Program-made: the position numbers and the translations under genes
From: Lama glama
Taxonomy: Eukaryota
Length of the DNA: 64,000 nt
Assembly: GCA_028534125.1 (NCBI GenBank)
Contig: CM052818.1
Location: 42,100,001-42,164,000 of the forward strand
Reading direction: 5' to 3'
Part shown: positions 63,862-64,000 of the stretch, piece after piece
Numbering within the stretch: position 1 is the stretch's first letter
Layout: each line of letters opens with the position of its first letter
The notes under the pieces: generated by a model
What the model saw: only the letters and a program-made list of their open reading frames with translations
What the model was told of the DNA's origin: nothing
Databases searched by the model: none

Positions 63862-64000
63862 TTTTTTTTAATCTTTTTTTTTTAATTGACGTACAGTCAG
63901 TGTACAATGTTGAGCCAGCTTCTGGTGTACAGCATAATGTTTCAATCATACATGTACATACATATATTCATTTTCATATTCTTTTTCATTACAGGTTATT
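63862..64000 (-). mobile_element. L1 3' end (continues beyond the window)
   Basis: T tract plus gtacagtcagtgtacaatgttg...catattctttttcattacaggttatt. Confidence 0.85.

Noticed and set aside
1..64000. CRISPR arrays, prokaryote-like operons, intronic snoRNA/miRNA or a novel multi-gene system
   Set aside because: No regularly spaced repeats, intronless gene clusters or convincing C/D, H/ACA or hairpin RNA structures were seen. An Infernal/Rfam scan would be needed to exclude small RNAs formally.

Overview
Mammalian genomic DNA, probably camelid: a tRNA-derived SINE at 44952-45086 resembles the camelid Vic-1 type as I recall it. The window holds one protein-coding gene, DDX1 (DEAD-box RNA helicase with an inserted SPRY domain), on the minus strand. 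I traced all 26 coding exons by hand from the ATG at 59202 to the TGA at 28163-28161. Every intron is GT-AG, and exon lengths sum to 2223 nt (740 aa plus stop), so the reading frame is intact. A CpG-island promoter (~58600-59450) and an AATAAA signal (27976-27981) bracket the gene. The rest is intergenic or intronic sequence containing L1, L2, L3/CR1, MIR, DNA-transposon and LTR remnants and microsatellites. Repeat family names come from recalled consensus patterns, not from an alignment. I found no evidence of a previously undescribed biological system. The best leads are modest: an inverted pair of young L1 3' fragments in intron 15, G-tracts at the start of intron 1, divergent CTCF-like motifs flanking the gene, a solo ERV LTR upstream, and clustered amino-acid changes.
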